From positions 163,858 to 227,857 of the forward strand of contig NMRA01000282.1 in assembly GCA_002633005.1 (NCBI GenBank): a stretch of DNA of 64,000 bases, written 5' to 3'. Each line of letters starts with the position of its first letter. The stretch's first letter is position 1. Of the stretch, positions 1-11,211 are shown piece by piece. A program made the translations under genes and the position numbers. The notes under the pieces were generated by a model. The model searched no databases, was not told where the DNA came from, and worked only from the letters and a program-made list of their open reading frames with translations. Source of the DNA: Phoronis australis. Lineage: Eukaryota > Animalia > Phoronida.

Positions 1-38
1 ATGATGTCAGGTTTGTCGGCGAAGTTAAAGTTGACATC
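1..38 (-). CDS. TGM: Transglutaminase exon 12, partial; start of beta-barrel 1 (DVNFNFADKPDI...)
   Basis: ttcttcttag acceptor at 39-48, phase 0, open to the window edge. Confidence 0.8.
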
Positions 39-337
39 CTAAGAAGAATTGAATCAGTATATGCAAATAGAGCAACCGAGTAGGCGTTTTCGTAAGACAA
101 ATAACTGCAAATTCTACGTGGAAGTATACAACAATTAGAAAAATAAAGCCCTAAAGCGACCCTGTTTGATGCCAAACCGCCTTTCTGGCCAGAGATATAT
201 TTTCACTTCAAACGAAAGTCATTACCTTATCTCCACTGTCAGAACTGGCTTTCGGTGTATAGCGCGGCTATGCGTAGCTGAAAGTTTAACTTAACTGCGT
301 TTGGTCCGGCTTAGTGTAATGTTGTTATTCCCAAGCC

Positions 338-610
338 CTGGGCCCGGCTGGGGTCTAATGTTTTTACTCGAGATCGAACTCGAAATTATTTTTGTCATTT
401 TCTGTTCTACTTTTGCACCAACTCAAGATAATTGATTATTATTGTGTGCTCCGGTAAAGCATGGTTTGTGTGGGAGTTTCTAGTTCAAGTTTGTTTTCAC
501 TTGATGACCTTTATATTCATGCTACAAACTCGGGTAAAACTCGAGATTTCGAGTAAATACTCGAGATTTCGAGTTCAGACTCTAACTTTTATCGTTACTA
601 CTGGGGTCAT
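338..610. mobile_element. MITE-like repeat (CTCGAG/CTCGAA-rich); related inverted copy at about 29950-30192
   Basis: cctgggcc...gtctaatg...ctcgagatcgaactcgaaattatt resembles the reverse complement of 30145-30192. Confidence 0.55.
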
Positions 611-1160
611 CAAGTGCAAAATTACAGTTATCCATGTAAGCCATTTACTTGGCATAGAATAATAGACAGTTATCGGAATAAAAAGAAAATAGAAAATAAC
701 TGGTAACGAGTTTGATTTCGCGATAAAATTAGATCCTGAAGACAAACCCACTTAATCAAAGCATGAAATTGTGGTTAAGTTTTGGCACGATCGAGTTGTT
801 CATGTATGCTATAAGCGCGAACGTATGACAGGTGAAAAAGCAATCATTCATCTCGATGGTATACACGTACTTATGGGGACGTGTGAAAACGTTGTGTCGG
901 AGGGACGATTTTGGGAACAGTCATGTTTATTTTCAGGCTCTGTTGATACAAAATGCAGAGTCCAAAGTTGGAGAAATATATGATAAACACGAAAATCTGT
1001 GATGTCCCAAGCAATTTCTGCTTGAATTTCGTTGTTCCAAACTTCAGAGACTTCCAAAGTGGAGAATTTTTAACGTACAGTTCATGCTCTTTTCGGGTAA
1101 TCCAGTAACTCCAGTTTGACACAACAGCCACGGTCATGAAGCATAGTCGAAGATACCTAC

Positions 1161-1240
1161 CGCTTGAGTATCTGGAGTACCTTCGTCCTCGACTACGTTA
1201 CTGTAGGCTTTAAGGACGGCTTCTCGCTCTTTTGATGTTC
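1161..1240 (-). CDS. TGM: Transglutaminase exon 11 (GTSKEREAVLKAYSNVVEDEGTPDTQA)
   Basis: EG[S/T]xxERxA continuation of the core domain; tttccag acceptor, GCG|GTAGGT donor; phase 0 matches the next exon. Confidence 0.88.
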
Positions 1241-2075
1241 CTGGAAATAAACTTTTTGTGAGTTTTAAGTTCTACAAACAAAACATGCGTTATATCATCA
1301 AAACGTTTAATAGGTCTACCGTATAAATGAATGAGTTGAATTCTGGTTGACGAGTGTCATTTTGAATTCAAAAAAGTGAGCCAGTGACCCACTTGCTTCT
1401 ATTTACTGTCTGCACTTTGCTGGTTATATAAGGTGCGCCCTCTCGCAGTTGATGGTATAATTGTCCTCCTTGACACAGCGCACAGTACTTCTTGAAACAG
1501 AGCTTGGGGTAGAAGGTCAAAGTAATTTTAACAGCACTGCAGAAGACTGTGGAACGGAAGTACAATAGGAGAGGTTTGGCTCTCACTTTTCGAAGCCGGT
1601 ATAACAAAAAGGAGTCCGGGCTTAGGTCGCAACTGAATGCTACACGAATTTGAATGCTAAACGTAGTGGACTTTTATTCAAGAAATATCAATGTGCTCCC
1701 TTTAAATGCATGCTCATGACAGGACAATGCATTCAGGGATGCACCAAATTCTTTTACACCGGGATTCGAATCCTTTGTTCAATGCCCAACCATGAAGCAT
1801 TGTACCAATTATCTCTTGACACAGTGCTCGCAAACAATCTTTCTCAGCGCTACGCTATACAGATGGCGCTATAATCGAGAAGGCTGGAATTGGGGAATAA
1901 AATAATGAGACAATGATATTGAGGCTTTGCCGCAAAGTAGCGAATTTCACCATGCTCCGATAAAATCTCTCGGTCCAGTTCGATCCGGCTTATGCAAGTC
2001 ATGTATTTTTTTGGTTTTTGGCTTCACAGATTCACAAAAGTACAACAGGAACAGTAGTGTCATAGTCTGACTTAC

Positions 2076-2200
2076 CTTCCGCGTGTTTATATTGTTTCGT
2101 AATGTCTTGTCTTTCAATGTCACTGTCTGGAAGCTCGTCAACGGCACTCAGTCGCCTGGTGAAGCCGTCCGGTAGTTTGGTACTTATATGTTTGCCAATT
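2076..2200 (-). CDS. TGM: Transglutaminase exon 10 (IGKHISTK...RQDITKQYKHAE)
   Basis: IGxxISTK and DITxxYKxxEG motifs; ttttcag acceptor, AAG|GTAAGT donor. Confidence 0.95.
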
Positions 2201-3138
2201 CTGAAAATCCGTTGAAAATAATGGCTCATATGAATAGGCGAGACAGCGTGCACAATTAGGATGATCACCTGGTTATATTTCCAGACCCTGGGCCCCGGCA
2301 CTGGCAGATCTAGGGTATCCTAAGGTAGATGTCCACACTTTTTGAAGGGAAATGTCTGCATAAGCCCTAAAACGACCTGCTGACGAACGGCGTGTCCTGC
2401 TCGCCCCCAAATCCATGCATACCAAGAATTTGATAAAGACCGAATCGAATCCTTTTATATATTGTGAAACATTATTGACTCCGAAATATTGGCGGCTAGC
2501 GAGTCTGACATGCTATAACGCTATAATGCAGTCAAGTCGTGTAATAATAGCCAAACTTCAACGCTCAACCTTTAACATTCATCATAGTCACACACACCTA
2601 TATTAATCTCTACTCGTACTATGACCAATTAAGAGTCAAACAATTGTTTTGTCCACTTCCTACTCAAGGAGAACCCAACCAGTGTTTCCAAGAGCGCACA
2701 ACATATATTTGTTGGGTGCTTTTTCATCGCATTGTGAAATGCGTGTAAAACGTTAAATGAAGACCAATCTACATGTAAGTATAAATATATGGATATTTCT
2801 GCGCTCTATTCTATTGATAGAAATACGTGTTAAAGATTTCTTTTGGAACAAAAATTGTCCATGAAGTCACTTCCGCCTTTAAAGGCGAAGGCAACCTTTT
2901 TTCATGTCATTTTTAGCAAAAATAAGGTTCGATTATTATCCCAGACATATTTTCCACTTAATTACAGCTTTTCGTAATTTGATTAATTATTCATTATCAT
3001 TCACTCCGGAAGTGACGTTTTGGGAGGCAAGGATTTCGCGCCAATTTCTTTTTCCATAGCGTTGTCGAGTCAGTCATTCATCTACCTCGGTTGTCATAAG
3101 TTCAGTCGTCGTTTGTTTTTGTTTACGAGTCAGTCAAC

Positions 3139-3460
3139 ATGCCACACTGTTGCTGTGTACCGGAATGTACTCATTATGGCCCAAAGCCTGTAAGCAGCCC
3201 TGCTGCGATGTTGAGTAGTGGGAGTGAATACAGGTCTCGTTCAAAACTCAGTGAAGAGGGCAGTTCGTCGTTCAAGGAACAGATCGGTGAGCCAAACTTT
3301 CATAAGTTTATTTTGGACTTGTCTAAAGTATTGGAGCTATTTAGAAGGTGCCAGGTGTGTGGCGAGGGAGTCACACGGCGGGGTGTAAACAGTTAGTGTG
3401 CTCAGGTCACTATTAGTGGGAGTGTGCCGCGGACACTCGGGCAAGTGGGACAGTTGTTCC
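3139..3460 (+). pseudogene. Internally deleted THAP / Kolobok transposase remnant
   Basis: MPHCCCVPEC resembles a THAP N-terminus. KFILDLSKVLELFRRCQVCG is followed, after a stop and frameshifts, by WECAxGHSGKWDSC, resembling the zinc finger upstream of the Kolobok DDE core. No DDE core remains. Confidence 0.7.
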
Positions 3461-3779
3461 TCTGTCCTTGAGACAATAATGAGTGCATCCCGGTACGCAT
3501 CAACAGTGTGGCATGTTGACTAATCGATTAATTGGAAGCTGTAGTTCAACTAATTGCAGCGCCCCCTATGTTACTTTTTCACTTACTCTTATAAATACTG
3601 GATATAGGAGGCGCTAAAGCATGTTAATGCAAAGAAAGATGAAATGGTGACTTCATTCACAGGTAAATGATGTTTAAGATGCCAGTGTTAAATTTTCAGC
3701 AAATTCATATATTTCAAGCTACCTCTACACCACATACAGATAAAGACGTCAGCTAGAGGTTCTCAACTTTAGAGACAAA

Positions 3780-6590
3780 AGAAACGCATTTAAACTAATT
3801 CAACTATACGTGCTAATAACCGCGCCATCTGGGGGCTGGTTCGTAATTTATATGACGTCAGCAACCGACTCACAACTTGAGAAACACGGTTAGGTAGATC
3901 AAGTAGAAAACGCATTTCAACTAATTCAAATACTCGTACTAATGGCTGCGCCACCTGTGGGCAGGTAGATAACGTACATGACGTCATCATCAGGATCACG
4001 ATTTTAGAGACTCCAAACACGCATTTCAACTAATTCAACTATTCCATTAATCAATACGCCACATTAAGGCAGACATATAAGGCCACCTACGGGGATTACC
4101 CACTAAATAACGGGTAGATAAAATTAGGTAGATCAAGTAGAGCAGGTAGATAAAGTTCATGACATAATAAATGGGGTCACCATTTTAGAGACTCCACACA
4201 CGCATTTCAACTAATTCAACTATTCTCACTAATCGATGCGCCACCTACAGGAAAAGACTGATAACAATCATGACATTAGCAAAAGGCTCACAACTTAAGA
4301 GACACAGAAGAGGCATTCCAAGTAATTCAACTATTCCCACTAATCACTGCGCCACCTGCAGGGACAGAGAACGTACATGACATCATCAACTGGCTCACAA
4401 GTTTAGAAACTCCAAACACGCAGTTCAACTAATTCAACTATTCCCACTAATCGCTACGTCACCTGCAGGCACACCTGATAGCAAACATGAAGTCAGCAAC
4501 AGGCCCACAAATTGAGAGACAGAGAACACACATTTCAACTAATTCAACTATTCCCACTAATCGCTACGCCACCTACAGGCAGATTGAAAAAGTACATAAC
4601 GCCAGGAAAAGACTCACAAAGTGAGAGACAGAGAACACACATTTCAACTAATTCAACTATTCCCACTAATCGCTACGCCACCTACAGGTAGATTGAAAAA
4701 GTACATAACGCCAGGAAAAGGCTCACAGAGTGAGAGACACAGAGCAAGCATTTCAACTTATTTAACTATTCCCACTAATCGCTGCGCCACCTGCAGGGAT
4801 AGGCTGGTAACAAACATTATGTCAGCTACAGGCTCACAGCTTGACAAACGCAGAACCCACATTTAATTCAACTATTCCCACTAATCGCTATGCCACCTGC
4901 AGGCAGACAGATAAAGCACATGGCGCTGGCAAAAGGCTCACCAGACACAGAACACGCATTTCAACTAATTCAACTATTCCCACTAATCGCTGCGCCACCT
5001 ACAGGAACACACTGACAACAATCATGACATCAGCAAAAGGCTCTCAATTTGACAGACACAGAACATGGAAACACGGTTAGGTAGATCAAGTAGAAACCGC
5101 ATTTCAACTAATTCAAATACTCCTACTAATGGCTGCGCTACCTGTGGGCAGGTAGATAACGTACATAACGTCATCATCAGGATCACGATTTTAGAGACTC
5201 CAAACACGCATTTCAACTAATTCAACTATTCCATTAATCAATACGCCACCTGAAGGCAGACATATAAGGCCACCTACGGGGATGACCCACTAAATAACGG
5301 GTAGATAAAATTAGATAGATCAAGTAGAGCAGGTAGATAAAGTTCATGACATAATCAATGGGGTCACCATTTTAGAGACTCCATCCACGCATTTCAACTA
5401 ATTCAACTATTCCCACTAATCGTTGCGCCACCTACAGGAACAGACTGATAACAATCATGACATTAGCAAAATGCTCACAACTTAAGAGACACAGAAGAGG
5501 CATCCCAAGTAATTCAACTATTCCCACTAATCACTGCGCCACCTGCAGGGACAGAGAACGTACATGACATCATCAACTGGCTCACAAGTTTAGAAACTCC
5601 AAACACGCATTTCAACTAATTCAACTATTCCCACTAATCGCTACGCCACCTGCAGGCACACCTGATATCAAACATGAAGTCAGCAACAGGCCCACAACTT
5701 GAGAGACAGAGAACACACATTTCAACTAATTCAACTATTCCCACTAATCGCTACGCCACCTACAGGCAGATTGAAAAAGTACATGACGCCAGCAAAAGGC
5801 TCACCAGGCTAACAAAGTGAGAGACACAGAACAAGCATTTCAACTTATTCAACTATTCCCACTAATCGCTGCGCCACCTGCAGGGATAGTCTGATAAAAA
5901 ACATTATGTCAGCTCCAGGCTCACAGCTTGAGAAATGCAGAACCCACATTTCAACTAATTCAACTATTCCTACTAATCGCTATGCCACCTGCAGGCAGAC
6001 AGATAAAGCACATGGCGCTGACAAAAGGCTCACCAGACACAGAACACGCATTTCAACTAATTCAAATATTCCCACTAATCGTTGCGCCACCTACAGGAAC
6101 AGACTGATAACAATCATGACATCAGCAAAAGGCTCTCAACTTGACAGCCACAGAACATGCATTTCAACTAATTCAACTATTCCCACTAATTGTTGCGCCA
6201 CCTTCAGGCAAGTCAGTGACTCGGGTCTTTCTGTCTCACATTGTCAGTGATACTTTAGATGGCGCTACAATTGGTTGAATTAGTTGAATTAGTTGAATAG
6301 CTCAGTGCTGAATAGGTTGGGCTGACTTGGGATTAGTTGGATTCAACTAATTCAACGATTGTTACTAATCAGTGCGTCACCTGTGGACAGGGGGCTAACT
6401 TACATGATGTCATCCACAAGCTCAATGTTAGAGACACCAATCACGCATTTCAACTAATTCAACTATTCCCACTAATCGCTGCGCTACCTGCAGGGGCAGT
6501 TTGATAACAAACATGATGTCAGCAATAGGCTTGCATCAGTGGTGATGACAGGATAAGTTGAGATAAGTTGGGATTAGTTGGGTACAACTA
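3780..6590 (+). repeat. Tandem array of about 25 units of about 100-110 bp inside the transposon, with a 1.1-1.2 kb higher-order duplication
   Basis: Recurrent core GCATTTCAACTAATTCAACTATTCCCACTAATCGCTGCGCCACCT(G/A)CAGG; block 3881-5067 recurs at 5068-6159. Confidence 0.95.
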
Positions 6591-6977
6591 AACATTCTGA
6601 CATGTATGCTTACTCGTAAACAAAATCACACGATGACCAAACTTATCAAAATCGAGATAGAACAATGACTGACTCGGCAGCTCTCACAGTCAGACTATAC
6701 GAAAAGAAATAGGCGGGAAATTCTTGCCTCCCAAAACGTCACTTCCGGAGTAGACAACGAATAATTAATCAAATTACGAAAACCTGTAATTAAGTGGAAA
6801 ATGTGTCTGGGATAACCAACGAACCTTATTTATGCTAAAAAGACATGAAAAAAGGTTGCCTTCGCCATTAACACTGACAGCAGCTTAGTCATGTGCACAC
6901 TCATTTGCCAAGCATATCCATCAAATCTAAGTATGTCTTCAGTATGTATTCTTCAGTGAAAGCTATAGTTTACATAC

Positions 6978-7137
6978 GCATTGCCCTGAACAATCTTTCT
7001 CCATTTGCCATCCTCCGTCCGAATGAAGTGAATCCTGTCGGCGTTCACCTCCGCGAATATAAAAGGCCCGTCGTACGGTAGGTGAATGTTGCCGTCCCGT
7101 ATGGCATTCACGGACATTGGCCCTGTTACGTACACAC
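6978..7137 (-). CDS. TGM: Transglutaminase exon 9 ([10 protein letters not shown]...[13 protein letters not shown]...QGN)
   Basis: FIFAEVNAD motif; ttcttag acceptor, GTATGT donor. Confidence 0.96.
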
Positions 7138-8120
7138 CTAAGAAGAAAATTTCGAATCGTTAAAAACTCTTCTGATCGAGTTGCAGCTATTTAGGATTGA
7201 TCCTGTACACGTGATTAAGACAATGGTCAAACTGTATTACCTCGGTGCTACAAGCTACCATGCTTAGTGATTACTGGGTGAATTGTTCTTAAAAATTTTA
7301 GTCCCACTAAAATATTTACATTGTGTTTCGTTGTATAAAAATCACACAAACGTCGCAAAACAATTTTTTAAGTTATAGTAAACAACCGCCAAAGCTGAAA
7401 ATCGTTCAGCAACAAAATTAAAATTCGTGTCAGTTCCCATTTTCTATGATTGAATAAACATCGACATACAGTCGAACCACGTTACAACGAGTCCTCCCGG
7501 GACTTTTCTAAAAACGACCGTTGTTAACGAAGTTCGCTCCAACCAAAGCAACGTGTCGTAGTATAGCTGGTTTGACAGAATGGAAACGTGATAAGCAACC
7601 AAACTTTGTGAACCGGCATCGTTGTTACGCGGATGGTATCTACGTATTTTAGCGAACTAGACGTGAAGTTTTCAGTTCGCTCAATTGTGCTCGGAATAGC
7701 GGAAGACCTAGGATTGGGTTTGCACCATCGTATTCGTCCAGTTTGTGTGACCTTCTGGGATAAAGGCTGGGAGATATTCATTGGAATTGAAAATACAAAC
7801 ATGAACATCGCACTCACTTGCACATTTCGATTCATAAAGTCATTGTTATGTAAACAAATGCTAGCAAATCGATCCCTCGTTATGGACACTTTTACGATTA
7901 TGTGTGTTTGTGCATACATTGTATTTTCCATAGTTCGTCATTCTAGGCATACGTAAAAGGAGCTTTGGAGGAACCGAGTGCTACTTCAATTGGTGCCTCC
8001 TCTAATTCCAGGGACTTTTGTAAAGGTCACTGAGTGTTATCATGTTAGATCGAAAATTGTGCATTAAGTTCGTCAATGAATGTGTAGTAGACCTAAAGTG
8101 ATAATTTGCTGTGTCCATAC

Positions 8121-8224
8121 CATCGCTTGTTTCTTGAGGTGTGGCGTCAATCGCCTGCCAGCCACCATAGCCGTGAGGTAGGTCCGGCCTAGCCATCCAT
8201 ACGTCGTTCCACACGTGGAAATTC
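8121..8224 (-). CDS. TGM: Transglutaminase exon 8 with the catalytic His and Asp ([34 protein letters not shown])
   Basis: NFHVW and DATPQE motifs; aag acceptor, G|GTATG donor. Confidence 0.98.
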
Positions 8225-8452
8225 CTTCAGAGTAAACAGTCATATAAGCAACATGAGCATCCATGGTTCAATAATTGTGCGGCTAAATTGCATAAAGAGG
8301 TAGAAAGAAAATTGGAAAAGCGCAATCGCCAGAGTAACGGGCGAGGGAACGTTTGTTCTGGCAAAACAGTTCATGGATATATATTTTTTGAAATGGCACG
8401 CAACGAAGCGGCACCCAGTAAAGCGCTGTTCGTAGATTTCTACACCAGGTTA

Positions 8453-8663
8453 CATGCGCGCACCCAGGGGAGGGCCCCATTTGGCGAATTGGGCAAAAAG
8501 GTCAGCCTCAGTGAAACAAAAACTCCGAGAAAGTGAGACAAAGTCCACTAAAAAGGCGCAGACGCACAGTTCTGAAGGTGGTACCCCGTTTTTTTTTTCT
8601 ACCTAGCAAAAGGTCCACTTAGAAATTCGAGTCCCCCCCATATTGAAGGGTGGGTGCGCGCAT
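8453..8663. mobile_element. Short MITE; family members at about 37444-37713 and about 61660-61876
   Basis: Terminal inverted repeats CATGCGCGCACCCA / TGGGTGCGCGCATG; shared internal aaagtccact motifs. Confidence 0.7.
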
Positions 8664-8977
8664 GGGTTATAGACGTCCTGGCATCAGTTCAACAAAATAT
8701 TTGTGAAATGTTTTGTTTGCCACAAGCCCTGTCTGTACTCGATTTTGCATATACAAGTAGTGTTGAAACACTCGTCTAGGCTACGCATTTTGATTAGCCG
8801 TAAAACTATACGATTGTTTACTTTTTATTTAGAAAATATTGCACGAGAGAATACAATAAAACTTTGAACCAAATTAGGAAATTCGGCGTTGCGCTGACGG
8901 AAGATGCTAACAACCTAAACGTATTTCGAAAGAACGTTTTACAGATTGAGACTACGTAAAAGGTGTATATATCTCAC

Positions 8978-9116
8978 CACACGGAGTCGTCCGACATGTC
9001 GTGGATTGGCTTTCCGTCCGCACTCCAGTACATGTCTATTGTCACACTAGCGTCAGTGTCGTGAGCCGAGGCAAAGTTGGTCACGCTGCGTGCAGGTATC
9101 CCCAGACAACGACAAA
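8978..9116 (-). CDS. TGM: Transglutaminase exon 7 ([22 protein letters not shown]...DDSVW)
   Basis: Translated by hand; LGIPxRxVTNFxSAHD motif; cacag acceptor, GTGAG donor. Confidence 0.97.
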
Positions 9117-10285
9117 CTGTGTGAGACAAAAATGGGGTCAACTCTTCTACCAAATTATCGTATTTAATGAAAACGCGTTTGTGTGCACTAATGTCCCCTC
9201 CAAAAAGAATCGCGGAAACAATGCCATCGCCTGCGCCTTTAGTCTAGAACACCAATACCTTGATCCTTGGGACAAAGTGGTGAGTGCCGAACTTTTAAAT
9301 TTTGCCACGGTTAGAGAAAATCGATTATCCTGTTATGTCGTCGGAATGGGATTCACAAGTTTAAGTTTTGGTGTTAACAAATCGGATGAAACTGCTTCGT
9401 TCTTTTTTGTTTTTCTTTGAAAATGGGGACATTTTCGACCCTCAGATGTTGAGCGCAATATGATTTTCAGAGTTTAGAAGCGATTCGGTGATTTACACGT
9501 TTCCTAAGCACGACCTTCCTGATAGAGCAGTACTTCTAAGAGTAATTCTTTGAAGATACATTCTGACTCACTCTTATTGTACCGAAAAAATACAGTTGAT
9601 TCTGTTGTTTTGTTTTGCTTTTTATTTTATCCTTTGGTGCGATATTTTTAGATGCCCACTTTTTCAAAAAAATGCATCCTCAACGAGGAAAAATGGGGCA
9701 ATTTTTACTCATCTCAAGACAGTTTCAAACTAATTTCAGTGCTGAAGACGTGTTCACTGTGATCAAGGAGGTGACACTCGTGCATGCAAAGCAGTGCATC
9801 ATCTATGGATAGTAAGGCATCACTGAACACGCTAAGGCGCCTTTGTGGGACTCACCAAAGAAGTCGACACCTTGGCCGAAATTGGTGCTAGTGGGAGCTT
9901 GTTTCCTCTTTATAGTAGTCGGGGCATAGGCCAGGGGTCCGTTACAAGAAATTAACTTAAGTTCATTTTTACCTAAGTCTAAGATTTGTATCAACTTCCA
10001 AACTATAAGGCTTCCATAACCGGTAAGTTGGTCGAACTTCAGACAAAGCTTAGTCAAAAACTTACGTTAAGCTTATTAATAGATCCTTTTCTTGGAAGGG
10101 GCTTAAGACAAATTAAAGTTTTGTCTTAAAATTGTCTTGAATTTAACATTTGTCTCAGATAAGTCAGTTTTCTTGGAAGGGCTCTTGAACCAAGTATGCT
10201 TTATTTAGACTTAACTGTATTTCACGTTCTAATAGGTAATTTCTGTTTTTTCCTGGCTGCAGTAAACACGTCTTCAACAACTTAC

Positions 10286-10460
10286 GTGAGGTGAGTACTC
10301 CGGAGAATACCCAACACTGTCCATACTTGACCGGCCTCTTTGTCTTCCAGAACTGTTCCAGAATCCTGACGCTTCCCACCCAGGACGTCGGCGATTTTCC
10401 CCCCGCGTAGTTACCTGACCAATTACCGCACAGGACACCGTCGTCATCCGGTGAGTTGCA
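10286..10460 (-). CDS. TGM: Transglutaminase exon 6 with the catalytic Cys ([16 protein letters not shown]...[14 protein letters not shown])
   Basis: YGQCWVF active-site motif; cttctag acceptor, GTAAGT donor. Confidence 0.98.
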
Positions 10461-10603
10461 CTAGAAGGGACAGACATAGGCTAGTTCCTGGTAGAGATTT
10501 GACGGCTCCGATATATTCTGGTTCATGATTGGTCATAATATGATGTCGAGTAACTTAGCAACGAAGGCTAGCTCTCTCAGGAAAGGCACAGATTGGTCCT
10601 CTC

Positions 10604-11211
10604 CAGTGGCGGATTTTTAGGGGGGCCAAGGGGGCCATGCCCCCCTAAAATTCTAGCATATACCATTTGACTAGCACATGCGCACATCCACGGGGGCTGG
10701 GGGGTGAATATAATGCACAGGGCCTGAACAAACCCCCTTTACCTTTTTTTTTATTTTATATTTTTTTGTCAAAAAGTTTTATTCTTATCGTAATGCAAAT
10801 ACAATAAAGCCAAACAATATAAACATTCGCGCGCACAGTCACGCTCACTTTCATACACAGGGGGGCCATTGGTTGTATGTAGTATAAATTAAAATAAAGG
10901 TGCTAGAGGGGCCCATCGTTCCTCGAAGTCGAGATATCTGCACTGGTTATAGTACATAACCTTTTCTACTTTGTAGTAATCAAAAACAAAATGTTTAAAA
11001 AGTGCAAAATATGGTTCTACATTCTGAAGTCTTTGCTTGTGTATGTGGTACTTGCCTAAACATAAAAGTAGATTTATGATTTTTGTCAAAAGGTCCGCAA
11101 ACCCAAAAATTCGAGACCCCCGCATCCCTACATTTTAGGGTGGGCGCGGGCATCTGTCGAAATTCTGGTTGTTCCTCCGCCCTGCCCCCCCCNATCCTGG
11201 ATCCGCCCCTG
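10604..11211. mobile_element. CAGTGGCGGA-type MITE with a second short element nested inside
   Basis: CAGTGGCGGATT at the left, GGATCCGCCCCTG at the right; G/C-run-rich subtermini. Confidence 0.55.

Larger units (their letters stand above)
2883..6867 (+). mobile_element. Non-autonomous Kolobok-type DNA transposon in transglutaminase intron 9
   Basis: TTAA on both sides (2879-2882, 6868-6871). Termini aGGCGAAGGCAACC / GGTTGCCTTCGCCa. Imperfect inverted repeats of about 260-280 bp (2883-3141 vs 6601-6867). Internal THAP-like and CxxC...C..GH...W transposase remnant. Confidence 0.85.

Noticed and set aside
3790-6250. ORFs in the array (3790-4029, 4621-4866, 4841-5080, 5022-5216, 5906-6250)
   Set aside because: These are translations of the tandem repeat; unit length varies and the frame is not maintained.
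3780-6590. CRISPR-like appearance (conserved about 50-bp core alternating with variable about 55-bp linkers)
   Set aside because: The linkers are homologous to one another (catga..cagcaa..ggctcacaa..gagacacagaa), the core is degenerate and non-palindromic, there are no cas genes, and the context is a eukaryotic intron. It is a diverged tandem repeat.
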